Below the pieces are notes generated by a model. The model did not search any database. It worked only from the letters and a program-made list of their open reading frames with translations, and was not told the origin of the DNA. The position numbers and the translations under genes were made by a program. DNA of 63,718 nt, counting the filler, from Craspedostauros australis (Eukaryota), in the NCBI GenBank assembly GCA_030167865.1. It is 16 parts of 16 records of this genome, joined end to end, with 100 filler letters (N's around TTAATTAATTAA, not from the genome) between each part and the next. Parts side by side here need not be neighbours in the genome. Positions count along the whole stretch, not along the records: positions 1 to 7,609 come from JALAGF010003046.1; positions 7,710 to 12,860 come from JALAGF010003047.1; 14 more parts are not named here. One strand, written 5' to 3'. Below, one piece after another: positions 1 through 10,826 of this stretch (the stretch's first letter is position 1; every line of letters begins with the position of its first letter).

Positions 1-726
1 AGTGCAGTTGAAGAATCGCCGCCGCCACCACAGAGTCTATACAGACCCCGGAAACCAACCTTGGCGCTGTGTTTTGCCTACAGTAATGAGGATGGTGACG
101 GCGATGATGGTAGTGGGTGCGACGTCCCAAGTCATGTGAACTCCGAAGGCTATCTGGTGCTGCCCCATGATGGGATGTCGGGGGGCGACATTAAATCATG
201 CAGAACGAATCTCCATGATAGAAACCTTGAAGTGGAAGCGCATATACCGGATGACTCTTTCTACCGGCATCTGGTAGAAAAGGGCGAGTATCGCTTTCTC
301 TTCGTCGCCTATCGCAAGTACACGTCAGCAGGCATCTTCTGGGTGCTCGCACTCGACAGTGACGACGCAGTCAATTGCGACGTGGCATGCTCGTGCTGTG
401 GGTCCTGTGATCCCGCTTTTGGTGGGGATGTCCTCGATTCCAACCTAAGCAAGCTCATCGTCTCGAGTGAAGATGAAGACGGTGATGGCGGCGACGTCTG
501 GGGCTTAGAGCACACAAACCCAGCCGCTTTGTTGGCATGGTCATGCATGGCAAAATCATTGAAGATCGAGCCTTTTGCCAGTACCTTTGACTTCGACAAG
601 GCAAAGCGAAAGCTCAAGATGGCATTCGACAACAACTGGATCAGGGGAGACATCGCGGATGCGAATGAGCAAGACGAAGCCATCTGGGAGTATTACAGGA
701 ACATGGAGCTCTTGTACGACGACTGA
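1..726 (+). CDS. Hypothetical protein, 5'-partial
   Basis: Frame is open from base 1 to the TGA at 724-726. Acidic, globular-looking sequence with a CSCCGSC cluster. No family recognised. Confidence 0.55.
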   Translation, partial: SAVEESPPPPQSLYRPRKPTLALCFAYSNEDGDGDDGSGCDVPSHVNSEGYLVLPHDGMSGGDIKSCRTNLHDRNLEVEAHIPDDSFYRHLVEKGEYRFLFVAYRKYTSAGIFWVLALDSDDAVNCDVACSCCGSCDPAFGGDVLDSNLSKLIVSSEDEDGDGGDVWGLEHTNPAALLAWSCMAKSLKIEPFASTFDFDKAKRKLKMAFDNNWIRGDIADANEQDEAIWEYYRNMELLYDD

Positions 727-1305
727 ACTCCATCCCATCACGCTCCATGGAGCCAGCATCTTCCGAGCTGCATTTGAGAAATTCTTATCGTGCATGTCAT
801 GGGCGCTGCATCCTCGCAGAAGCCGCTGACGGATAGTCAATCGTTTGTCAGTTCCCCATGCGCCCATCGCTGTCTCCTCGGACAGATCCGGACCCTCTCG
901 CAGGGAGGTATGATAGGAACTTGTGGGTGCGAGTGTGCGAGAGGCGGATGGCACAGTACTCTGGGCGGCTTCTCCTCTCGTCGGTCTACAACTACCAAGT
1001 TGTACAGTTCGCGCTCCACTCCAAGTAACACAATATGAATAACACGTGAACACTACGATAATATTCTACTATAATACTGAGCATTCTATATTGCGTAAGG
1101 TCTTGTGCTACCTCTTTGGAGCGTGCGGTCTGTTGGTACTCTATCTATCTATCTATCTATCTCTGGTAGAGAGATGTTGTGTTCTCGAACACCTCTCCCC
1201 AATGCGGTGTCAGACGAGGAAGGAGCACCAAAGGATTCCGACCGAGACAGTGGAGTGTCACCACACAGTTCTCAAGGATCTGTGCGATTGTGATGCGCAA
1301 CACAA

Positions 1306-2751
1306 ATGACACTGTTGGCACAAAACCGTATCCAGAAAGCACACAAAGCAGAGACGTCCCTGCCACACAGAATGGCGACAACACGCGGCCCCCCAACGCC
1401 ACCAGCGCGTCCGTGCGACGGGCTGTACTGCAGCTGCGTTCATCAACTGTGCTGCACAAAATGCGGCACGCCGCAGCTCAGCCAGGAGAAGACCATCCAG
1501 CTGTTCCAGCATGACTTGATCGAGGGCAACAACCGCAGCGGTCCGGTGGATGTCTTCGGCAACGGACCCATCGTGCTTTCGCATGTGCCCGAGTCCGCAA
1601 AGAGAATTGCTTCGACATTGCCAGAGACGAGCGAAGAAATCAATGCCAAAGAGAGCGACAGCAAAACTGGCAAAGCCGGCGGAGACGATCGAGATGGAGT
1701 CGTTCTCGGCATTGACGAGGCCGGCCGTGGCTGCGTCCTGGGCCCCATGGTGTATGGCATGGCATTCTGGCATCCCACACAAAAGAAGTACTCCATCCCA
1801 TCCGGATTCCAGGATTCCAAGGCCCTTTCCGATGACACGCGCAGGGCGCTGTTCCAGCAACTCATCCGGCACAAGGACATCGGCTTCGGCGTGCGCATCT
1901 TTTGGCCGTCGGAGATATCGCGCAACATGATGCGTGCCGACGAGCCCTACAACCTCAATCAGATGAGCCACGATGCCGCCATGACGCTGATCCAAAAGGT
2001 GGTCAACGCCGGCGTCGCGGTGCGCAAATGCTTCATCGACACGGTCGGCGATCCCAGGTCCTATCGGCGCAAGCTGGAACGGCAGTTCCGCAACATCGAA
2101 TTCGTCGTGGAGAGCAAGGCGGATGCAAATTACGCACCGTGCTCGGCGGCTTCCGTCGGTAAGTGGTTGTTGTTGTTGTTGTTGTTGTTGTTGTGCCGTT
2201 GCGTGGTTGTTGTTTTGTCGCTGCCGTACCTTCCCATTGCGAGCATCGTGAAGAAGATAAGAGTATTATGGAGTATCTACCCTATTCTAGGCTTCTCCGC
2301 CTCTCACCCTGCTGCTCACCATTCGTTGCTGCCGCCACCCCGGCTCATGATGCCGTTTCATGATACAGTGGCGAAAGTCACGAGAGACAGGCTGATTGAG
2401 GAATGGAGATTCTCGGAGTCCACATTGCAGGATGACACAGCGAGCGGCGGCAGATCGAAATACCTCAACTTCGGCAGCGGATATCCCAGCGACCCCAAGT
2501 GCAAGCAGTGGATGGAGGAGCTGCATGATCCCGTGTTCGGCTATTCCAACATCGTGCGGTTCAGCTGGGCACCAGCGAAGAATGCCGTGGAGAAAAAGGG
2601 GGTGTCCGTGGAGTTTCGCGCGGACATCGACGAGGACGAGCTGCAGCAAAAGAAAGGGATGGCCATGTTCATGGGGGAGAAGAAGCGCAAGCGGCTGCCG
2701 TTCTTTCAGAAGCGCAAGCTGCAGGTAGTGTCCAAACTGACATCGAAGTAG
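1306..2751 (+). CDS. RNASEH2A: Ribonuclease H2 catalytic subunit A; exons ~1306/1372-2158 and 2369-2751
   Basis: Motifs GIDEAGRGCVLGPMVY, FQDSK, FIDTVG, KAD and FGSGYPSDP. Removing the GTAAGT...TACAG intron 2159-2368 restores SAASVVAKVTRD. Start codon uncertain. Confidence 0.95.
   Translation: MTLLAQNRIQKAHKAETSLPHRMATTRGPPTPPARPCDGLYCSCVHQLCCTKCGTPQLSQEKTIQLFQHDLIEGNNRSGPVDVFGNGPIVLSHVPESAKRIASTLPETSEEINAKESDSKTGKAGGDDRDGVVLGIDEAGRGCVLGPMVYGMAFWHPTQKKYSIPSGFQDSKALSDDTRRALFQQLIRHKDIGFGVRIFWPSEISRNMMRADEPYNLNQMSHDAAMTLIQKVVNAGVAVRKCFIDTVGDPRSYRRKLERQFRNIEFVVESKADANYAPCSAASVGKWLLLLLLLLLCRCVVVVLSLPYLPIASIVKKIRVLWSIYPILGFSASHPAAHHSLLPPPRLMMPFHDTVAKVTRDRLIEEWRFSESTLQDDTASGGRSKYLNFGSGYPSDPKCKQWMEELHDPVFGYSNIVRFSWAPAKNAVEKKGVSVEFRADIDEDELQQKKGMAMFMGEKKRKRLPFFQKRKLQVVSKLTSK
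2165..2193 (+). repeat. (GTT)n microsatellite inside the RNase H2A intron
   Basis: About 9 GTT units directly after the splice donor. Confidence 0.9.
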
Positions 2752-3427
2752 AGCGATACCGACGTCGAGGTCGACGTTATCACTATGGGACGTGTGCTTT
2801 GTTACCACCATCAGTTCTCCAGTGCATCGCTACCACGCGATGTTGACACGGTGGGATTCCGCATTCTAACTTTATGCACGTAGACTATATCTTCGATGTG
2901 GTTCATGCGACTTCTTCGTGACTCACAACTGTTATCCGGGACTGGTATCATTCCTTTTTGGAGAACGTCGCCCTCAGTCGTGGATGAAGGGACAACATGC
3001 TTCGTTTCATTTCTTCACAAATCGTTGTTGATCGGATGCCATCACCAAACCGCCTCTCTGCTTTGTCGTTCTCTGCGCCCCGCGTTCACGAGTGAGCGCT
3101 CCGGCCGTCTGTTTGCTTCGCGGCCCATCTTTGGTGTTCCGCAGGCACATGCGATCAATCAACGAAGCGCTGAGACATCCAACGAAGAACAAATAAAGGA
3201 CGCAACTCCGCTGTCAGAGCGAAGTGCAGCACAGTCCACACCAACGCCAACGCCAACACGGCATCCGGATGACGCGGATCTTGTCTTCCTCTCTCTTGAG
3301 ATCTGCTTGACACCCAACTGCCGCCAATTGTGGTGACATTGCATTGGAGCATCGCGACAATCATCTTCGTCATCCACAGTGCGCGCAACGCCGATCCTCC
3401 GCCCATCCCGCACAAACATCGTCCATC

Positions 3428-3468
3428 CCATTTACTATTCCATTTACTATTCCATTTACTATTCCATT
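3428..3468 (+). repeat. 12-bp tandem repeat CCATTTACTATT, about 3.4 copies, in a 5' leader
   Basis: Read directly from the sequence. Confidence 0.85.
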
Positions 3469-3517
3469 GCCCATCACGACACATCAAACCATACCCACAG
3501 CACAGATCACAAGCACC

Positions 3518-5260
3518 ATGTACAAAGTTCAACTTGCCGTCTACGATCTGAGCAGGGGGATGGCCCGAATGCTGTTCTCGCAGATGTTCCCTCCCAACAG
3601 CGGCGACGGAGACATGCGGAGCGTGGACTGCATCCCTCACACTGCGTTGCTGGTGCACGGGAAGGAGTACTTCTTCGGGTCCGGCATCCAGGTTGTGGCC
3701 AACATCCCGCAGTTCCGATCGACCATGGGCATGCATCCCTTCCAGATCGTCGACATGGGAACCACCGCGGTGTCCTGCGCCGCCTTCGAGACGTGGCTGC
3801 ACCAGCAGCAGTCCAACGCGGACTGGGCAGCCGACACGTACGATCTCTTCCATCACAACTGCAACCACTTTTCGCACACGGCCGCCCTGCAAGGGCTCAG
3901 GCTCTCGAAGGGCATACCCGACTGGATCCTGCAGGTGCCAAGCACCGTGCTCTCCACTCCCTTGGGTCAGCAGCTCTACCCCTTCCTGCAGCAGGTCAAT
4001 AACTTCAACGGTGGTGGTGTCTCATCCTCTTCGTCCTCATCCTCGTTCGTGCCGATGACAGCTGGCTCATCTTCGACCACCGCGTATGCCCATGCATCGT
4101 CAACCTCATCAGCGGGCGCTCCCGCAACTGCGATAGCATACGCGTCATCCTCGTCGTCCGCGGCTGCGTCATCGTCCAGCTACAACCCGTGGGCGACAAG
4201 CACGGCGACAAGCACCGCTTCCGTTCCGCCCGCAGCGGCGCCTCCCAGTCGAGGCGTCGTGTCATCCGCGTCTTCGGTTGCATCAAACGCATCCTCAAAG
4301 GGCAGCGCGACCAGCAGTACATCCCCACCCAGGACACCCATCCTCAACACTTACAGCCAGCCTTTGGTGTCCAACAACACGCAGGCCGTTCCCCTTTGCA
4401 TTGCGAAACTGAAGCACTACGACCCGACCCTGCGTGCGAACTTCATCCTGAGTCATTTCGATTCCACCAAGCCACCGTCCAACAATCACAGCGTGCCTTC
4501 ATCCATCATCGTCCAACGCATCTTGACTCTGTGTTCCAAGGTCACAGAGGATGCGAACAACACGAAGCTTCTCACGTTCGCGCTCATGCTGTTACGACTT
4601 GTAGTCCTCATGAAGGACGGCAATACCAGTGCCGACGCCAACGGTGACAACGTGCCCAGCGGCCACCACAGTGACATCAGCAGCGACACGACGCAGGTTG
4701 TCTTCGATTGGATGCAAGCCAATGAGGGCTCTCTCTTGCAAAATCAAACATGCCATACAGCCATGACATACTGCATCTGGAGCAACATGATCAGCACGTG
4801 GAAGGAGGACAGGACAGCCGCCGTGGACGCATCGCGGTTGGAATGGATGCTGGAATACGTGCTGCGGGACGTCACGTCTTCACAAGCGCAGTTGCAGCAA
4901 GCCGCACTATGCGTCCTATACAATCTGGCATGGTGGAAGAGCGTCGAGCAGCAGACCTGTCCCGACGATGACATTGACGAGATCACCGTGACATTGATCT
5001 GTGCCAGCGTCCAAGGCTTGCTGGATCAGATGATGCAGCAGCAGCAGGAGTGGCAATTGGTAACGCGGTTGATGGCGTTGCTTGGCCGTTTGATCGTGAA
5101 CTCGTCAGGAACGCGATCCGAAGTCGTGGCGTTGATTCAGGACTTGGGTTTGCACGACGCGCTGCGAGAATGGGCCGTCGTGCAAGAGCCTGCTGCCGTC
5201 AAGGAAGATTCCGTCAAATGCATCGGCTTGGCGAAGGAGTTGGTGTCGCTGTTGGGTTGA
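3518..5260 (+). CDS. PPPDE/DeSI family desumoylating or deubiquitinating peptidase with Ser/Ala linker and helical (PUL/ARM-like) C-terminus
   Basis: MYKVQLAVYDLSRGMA, HTALLVHGKEYFFG (catalytic His), YDLFHHNCNHFS (catalytic Cys) and IPDWIL. The ATG at 3518 fits the family N-terminus better than 3344. Confidence 0.9.
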   Translation: MYKVQLAVYDLSRGMARMLFSQMFPPNSGDGDMRSVDCIPHTALLVHGKEYFFGSGIQVVANIPQFRSTMGMHPFQIVDMGTTAVSCAAFETWLHQQQSNADWAADTYDLFHHNCNHFSHTAALQGLRLSKGIPDWILQVPSTVLSTPLGQQLYPFLQQVNNFNGGGVSSSSSSSSFVPMTAGSSSTTAYAHASSTSSAGAPATAIAYASSSSSAAASSSSYNPWATSTATSTASVPPAAAPPSRGVVSSASSVASNASSKGSATSSTSPPRTPILNTYSQPLVSNNTQAVPLCIAKLKHYDPTLRANFILSHFDSTKPPSNNHSVPSSIIVQRILTLCSKVTEDANNTKLLTFALMLLRLVVLMKDGNTSADANGDNVPSGHHSDISSDTTQVVFDWMQANEGSLLQNQTCHTAMTYCIWSNMISTWKEDRTAAVDASRLEWMLEYVLRDVTSSQAQLQQAALCVLYNLAWWKSVEQQTCPDDDIDEITVTLICASVQGLLDQMMQQQQEWQLVTRLMALLGRLIVNSSGTRSEVVALIQDLGLHDALREWAVVQEPAAVKEDSVKCIGLAKELVSLLG

Positions 5261-5750
5261 GATGACGTCTGGTACATACGCATGGATGCATCAGAAAGAT
5301 GTAGAATACTCCAATGCTGTGCCAACGAATATGATGTACTCCATGATGTACTCTGCGAAGACAACATGGACCCAACGTACAGCATACGGAGAGGCGTGTC
5401 GTTGACCGCGTGACAATATCCATGAAGGGTCTTATGGAGGAGGGAGCACATCTCGTACATACTATTATACTACCTTGCTTCGCTCCGTGGCAGTCATCTA
5501 CTCGACCAGGACTCCGTTATGAATCATAAAGTAAACTCTATGTGTCTGTTTGTATGGTCTTTCCAGATAGCGCCCATGCGGGTGTGAGAAATCGCATTGA
5601 ATTTAATATAGTACTCGTGCGAGTAAATCAAGCAGAGAGAGAGAGAGAGAGAGTCACGCTGTGAAATCGACCACAACACTCGTATGAATAAGATAGCAAA
5701 TCGTAGTCCTACATTCAGTATCAGCGCCATTGTTAGAGCAAGGTTATCGA

Positions 5751-6949
5751 TCATCCTCTACCCTTCGTAAGCATCTTCCGCATCATGTACACCCCGGCGC
5801 CGGACAGTCCAAACCACGTGGCCGCGTAGCCCGCATGAATCTCCGGTGTCGTTTTGAATTCCGCAACTGCATCCAACGGCGGTCGCATGGGGTATTGAAG
5901 CTCCTCTTCCTCATCCTTGATCTGCACCATGAGCACAGTCTCATCTTCGCTCTCTGCCAGTGCCTGCAACGCCAATGCGTCCAGCCAGAACAAGCGCAAC
6001 GGCCGTGTGGAATAGTCATGCTCTGGTGATATCACTCTCGGCTCTGCATGTTCGATGTTTATGTTGTTGTTGTTGTTCCGTATTGATGCAAATGGCGGGG
6101 TTGAATCCAATGGTATGGTATGTGTGTGTGAGAGAGAGAGTGTGTAAGAATGAATTTGTACGCATGTGGCCGCAACAACAATGAGCAATGGGCAATGAAC
6201 GATGCACAATTCACGAATGAACGAGTCAGTCCTTGTCTCCGCCTTTCCATTGGTTCGCCCACGGCTTCAGCCAGTGCGCTCATAAACAGTAGTGATGCAG
6301 CACTCCAATATCACAGAGTATTGATAACACAACACCTCCCGTCTCCATTCGCTGCATCCATGTATAGATCCATCCCAAACTCACTCTCTGTCTTGGAAAG
6401 TATCGTCGTGACCTCCACAGACCCGTCCGGGCGCGTCCATTGCGGATAGTTGCTGGCATCCAGATCGTGCTTGGACTTGGCGGACGCACGCGCGTAGTCG
6501 CTGTTGGGGACCATGGTCTTGGGCACCCAACCTCGGTTGACCCACACCATGGATCGTTCGCCATTCGAATTCAGTTGAAACGGCGTGAGCACGTGGAAAC
6601 CCTGCGGTCCTGGCGCTCCGCCGCCCGCACTCGCCTTGCTGGACTTGGCGCTGAGTCCCTTCCGTGGCACCTGAACGCCTGCCGGTGCTCCGCGAGGTCC
6701 AATGAGCACCTCCCTGTCATGTCGGAACGTGCCCGTCAATATCCGTCGCTGAAAGGCGTGCTGCGCGTCGTCGAGGTTGAGCGACGTCGTGGGGTCCATG
6801 CGAAGCTCCTGATTGCGCTCCTCCATCAACGATCGCTTCTCTACCAAACGCTGCATCTGCCAGCATCCCAGACCGAAGGTACCTGCGCAAAGCGAACCGA
6901 AGAACAGTTTGCCGCCGTTTCCCAACGTCGTCGTGGATGAGGCCGCCAT
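5751..6949 (-). CDS. SURF1: SURF1/Shy1 cytochrome c oxidase assembly factor; exons 6949-6385 and 6043-5751
   Basis: TFGLGCWQ, EVLIGPR, GFHVLTPF, VWVNRGWVP and a C-terminal HAGYAATWFGLS transmembrane segment. The GTGAGT...TGCAG intron 6384-6044 joins TE|KPRVISPEH in frame. Confidence 0.93.
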
Positions 6950-7609
6950 CGTCGAAGTTCCGTGATCGTGATCGTTCCACAGTTCTGTCTGTTTTCGTTT
7001 CGAGTACTTTGTCTAATGCAAGCAATCAGTGGCAAGTGTGTGTGCTCTGTGGTCTTTGTTCTTTGCTCTGTGGGTCAAGGTTGGATCCAAAACCACCAAC
7101 GAAACCATCGCGGCCGCCACAACCGCCACCTTTTTCGCCATTGCCGCCAACTCCATTTCGCCGAACCTGACGATGTGTTCGCGACATTTTCTTCTTTCTC
7201 TGATGTTTGTGTCGATCGAGTCTATTCGACTGGATTGACCACGCCATGATCTTTTCCATCTGATGACGTCGACATTGACGTCATCGTGTGCGTCTCGTCA
7301 ACAAACGCATCAACATAGTTGCAATATACCATGATGTCACTGAAAAATTGCTGAAAATTGGTATTTTCCCTTCATGTCCCCATTGACCGGTGACCGAATT
7401 GTCTGTACTACCACCAGTACACACGATTGAGCAACAAATGGACAGGCACTCTACCTCCAAAAGAGACTACATATGTGAAGGCATCTGTCTGCAAGAATAC
7501 AAGTGCATGGCTCATCCTGCATGCACAGTTGATGCTTCTCACTTGCCTCTTTGCCATGTGTTCCAAGATTACATATGTATGAAACTGACATCTTCCATGC
7601 AGGATGTGC

Positions 7610-7709
7610 NNNNNNNNNNNNNNNNNNNNNNNNNNNNNNNNNNNNNNNNNNNNTTAATTAATTAANNNNNNNNNNNNNNNNNNNNNNNNNNNNNNNNNNN
7701 NNNNNNNNN
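7610..7709. other. Artificial contig linker N44-TTAATTAATTAA-N44, first of 15 (others at 12861, 14009, 15325, 18634, 22270, 24206, 25384, 27179, 30669, 33761, 58192, 59508, 60669, 62052)
   Basis: Identical 100-bp spacers carrying stop codons in all six frames. Confidence 0.99.
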
Positions 7710-8030
7710 AGGTCTGTATGTGATGGACACATCGTCGGGGTCGTTCTCCTCCATTCCGCCGTCGTATGGGATCGCTCTTTTTGCTTGCCGTCGAGCTCGG
7801 TGCTGGTTGCTTGCATCTATACTTCCTTTGGCTGGGGGTTTGTCGGGCTCCTTGGTCGGAGGCTCCAAAGTTGGTACTTCCTCGGGTTCGGTCTCTTCGC
7901 GGTGGCTCGTGTTGGGTTGGTTGTTCGAAGTCATTTTGCTTTGCTGTTGTTTGTGTTGTGTTAGGGGATTAATTAGTTTTTATTTTTCTTTGGTTTGGTT
8001 TGTCGGAATTCCGATTCTATGTCCCTGTTG
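7710..8030 (-). mobile_element. Possible 5' end of a non-LTR element (A-rich leader plus start of an ORF1-like frame at 7934), truncated by the contig end
   Basis: An A/C-rich leader precedes MTSNNQPNTSHREETEPEE..., which runs off the contig. No diagnostic domain. Confidence 0.3.
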
Positions 8031-8314
8031 AATCAACAACTTCTGCAGCGGTCCCTACTCGGCTATGAACCGAAGGGATGGACCAGAGGCAGTGCTGTGA
8101 GATTGTTGTGGGTGGTGTAATCAGATAACTTACAAGAGATTATGAGCTTTTTCTCTGTTCGCTTGGTTGTTGTTGTTGTTCTTGTGCTGTGCAGCTTGGT
8201 GGTGGTAATGACTGCCAGCCGTTAAATCAAATCTGTGGATGACTGGCACGTCCTTGCTCCGTCCGGTGTCTGTCCCAGCGGCATTGTTCCGATCAGAGTC
8301 AACTGCACCAACAG

Positions 8315-8990
8315 TCCCACCCATCGACAAGAATGACACCATGTCCGCAACCTCATCCGCTGTCACATTTCCCAATGGTGCACGCTCCTGCATCTCCTGT
8401 CGCATAGCTCCAAAGTTGGCGATGCCACCCTTGGCTGCCACTGTGTTCAAGGGACCCGTGCTGATTGCGTTGCCAAGCACAGGTGTCATCTCCAATGCCA
8501 GACCGCGCACGATGGATTCCAGGCTGGCCTTGGCCGGTCCCATGACATGAGGCGATGGGATGGGATGGCGCGCACGGCTCCCAAGTACGCCAAGGCTGTG
8601 ATGCTGGAGTGGCGTTCCATGTGAGGTTGTGCATGTCGTGCCAGTTCGATGAGGGAGTATGCTGAGATGGCATGGGCCTCTTGATATAGGAGTCTTCCAA
8701 GGTGGTGTTCAGCAAGGGTCGGTGCAGGTTGTTGGCAAATGCCACGGAATGCACGATGGCATGCAACGGACGATGGTGTTGTGACACGTGTTGAAAGAGT
8801 GTTTGGGGTATCGCACTGGACATCGCAAACGAGGCCTGTCAATGATGGATGCTGTTGCTGCTGTTGTTGAGTTGTGATGCGCCTGGAGAATGCCATGGAG
8901 GCTCTCTGCCGTTCTTTGTGCCCTCTCTGTTGTGGACGTCCACGCTCTCACAACATCACATCACATTGCATCAAACTCTCCCAGGTGGGG
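8315..8990 (-). pseudogene. fabI: Enoyl-ACP reductase (FabI-type SDR) pseudogene
   Basis: Motifs are spread over different frames: VCDVQ, HAIVHSVAFA, AHAISAYSLIELAR...ITALAYLGAVRAIP, MGPAKASLESIVRGLALE...NAISTGPLNTVAA...RAPLGNVTADEVADMVSFL. At least 3 frameshifts. No N-terminal Rossmann motif found. Confidence 0.85.
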
Positions 8991-9458
8991 AAAGGCATGA
9001 AATTGAAAGGAAACTGTGGATTATGGGCACAGGGCTATTTTGCTGCATACTATGATGCAGCTGGTGGTGTCCCATCTAACGCCTTTATAACCGTTAATAA
9101 CGTCTGCATCTCTTTGTGGGAACTTGAAAGAAGCCGAACGGGCGTCTTGATGTGTTCTCCAAACCTCTCTCCGTTGCAGACCGAAGCGGAGAGATGAGTG
9201 TGAAGCCCAGCAACAACAACGACTGGGGACAGGAGAGTCGCCATCCCTGTTTGTGGTGGATGGCCTCGTCTCTTGTCGCGGTTGCATCCGGCAGTCATGC
9301 ACATTGATATAAAATTGATCGGACGTATTCTATTAAATGACGCTAGTGCACTCCCAGAGCAGGATCATCGCAGGAGCCTCCATCATTCCATTTCAGTCAG
9401 AGAATCAAAGAGAGAGAAGCAGAAGGAGAGGCAGTAGCGGAGGTAACGGGACAAACTG

Positions 9459-10826
9459 ATGAAGGAAACCGACGACGCTGCGAGGAAGCAATCAGTGGCG
9501 GAACGAACGGCTGCGCTGCCGCGCGATTGCATCCAGTGCGATGGACCTGGCTGCGGCAAGCGCAACCCCCGAACGAGATGCTCGCGATGCCACACAGTCT
9601 TCTACTGCTCCAAGCAGTGTCAGAAGGGCCACTGGAAGATTGAGCACAAGGGCGACTGCCGCAAGCTGCAGACGCTGGTGGGATCCATCAATGGGCTCGG
9701 CAAGACCGACTACCTGCTGGATGCGGATGGCAACGAGGAATCAATCGAACGCGCAATCAACGACGAATGCGCCATCTGCCTGGCGCCGCTCAAGGACTCC
9801 AACGCGAAGGTTCTCAGCTGTCGCCATGGGTACTGCACCAAGTGCTTGGTATCATGGCAGCGCCACGAAGGCCGGTCCGTTGCCGCGTCATCCAGCGTTG
9901 GCGGCTTCCCGGGCATGGTCGATCCGCGGGTGCTGCGATGTCCCACATGCCGATCGGAAACGCACGACATGGAAACGTCCATCATGACCAAAGTCCAGAC
10001 AATGGCGGCGCAAGCCTCCAGTCTGCTGGGGCAGGAGAAGACGAAGGAAGCCAATGAGGTGAGCGAAAAGGCGCTCTCCATGATCATCGAAGTGATCGAC
10101 GGAAGCACCGATCCTCACCTGCAGGCTCTCAACCTCCAATCGGAGCTTCTGCACAGTCTCAAGCGATATGAGGAGGCACTGGAGGCACTGGACAGGCTCA
10201 TCGAGCTTGACAACGCCAGACATCACCTCATGGAGCACTCCCAAGAAATGCTGCGTCGGTTTGACCTGTCGCAGCGAACTGGAATACCAGACCCGGAAGC
10301 GGAGCAGGAGCTGGACAGGCTTGAAAACGTGGCCCGTTTGGAAGGCATGAGCGGCGGCCAGCTGTCCGGCGTCGGCAAGGCAAGGCAGATCGGCGTGCAG
10401 TTGGCCCGCGCAGAGGTCCTCATGAAACTGGAGCGATGGCATGACGCGTTGAATGTGTTCCGCGATATCATGACCACAGTCTCCGAAGACTTCACGAACA
10501 GTGCCACCCCGCCGGAACAGCGTCAGATGTTCATGGGATTCCAACGATGCTTCTACGAGGTCGGGGAGTTTGAGAAAGCCATCGAGGCATCCGACGCCGC
10601 GATTGCTATGAACCGCCACTTCCCAGGCGTCTACAAGTACTTGGCATTGTCCTACAAGGAGATAGGCAACTGGGATAAGGCGATCGAGACCATGACGAAA
10701 GCGGGCATTTACGAGACACCGTGGGACGACAAAACCCACGAAGAGGCCTTGGACTTGTTGGATGAGCTCATTGCCCTGCGCAAATCGCAAGAAGCAACGT
10801 CCGACAAGGTCAACGATGCGTCCTAA
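9459..10826 (+). CDS. MYND zinc finger + C3HC4 RING + TPR protein (putative E3 ligase)
   Basis: CDGPGC...CSRCHTVFYCSKQCQKGHWKIEHKGDC (MYND), CAIC...CRHGYCTKC...CPTCR (RING), then TPR-like helices such as FYEVGEFEKAIEA and LSYKEIGNWDKAIE. Confidence 0.9.
   Translation: MKETDDAARKQSVAERTAALPRDCIQCDGPGCGKRNPRTRCSRCHTVFYCSKQCQKGHWKIEHKGDCRKLQTLVGSINGLGKTDYLLDADGNEESIERAINDECAICLAPLKDSNAKVLSCRHGYCTKCLVSWQRHEGRSVAASSSVGGFPGMVDPRVLRCPTCRSETHDMETSIMTKVQTMAAQASSLLGQEKTKEANEVSEKALSMIIEVIDGSTDPHLQALNLQSELLHSLKRYEEALEALDRLIELDNARHHLMEHSQEMLRRFDLSQRTGIPDPEAEQELDRLENVARLEGMSGGQLSGVGKARQIGVQLARAEVLMKLERWHDALNVFRDIMTTVSEDFTNSATPPEQRQMFMGFQRCFYEVGEFEKAIEASDAAIAMNRHFPGVYKYLALSYKEIGNWDKAIETMTKAGIYETPWDDKTHEEALDLLDELIALRKSQEATSDKVNDAS

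Noticed and set aside
3344..3517. N-terminal extension of the PPPDE ORF (IPFT repeats)
   Set aside because: It is the translation of a 12-bp leader repeat; the family N-terminus starts at the ATG at 3518.
9888..10790. Long antisense ORFs opposite real genes (also 1258-1995, 14648-15376, 40296-41240, 56538-57425)
   Set aside because: Expected shadow ORFs of GC-rich coding sequence.
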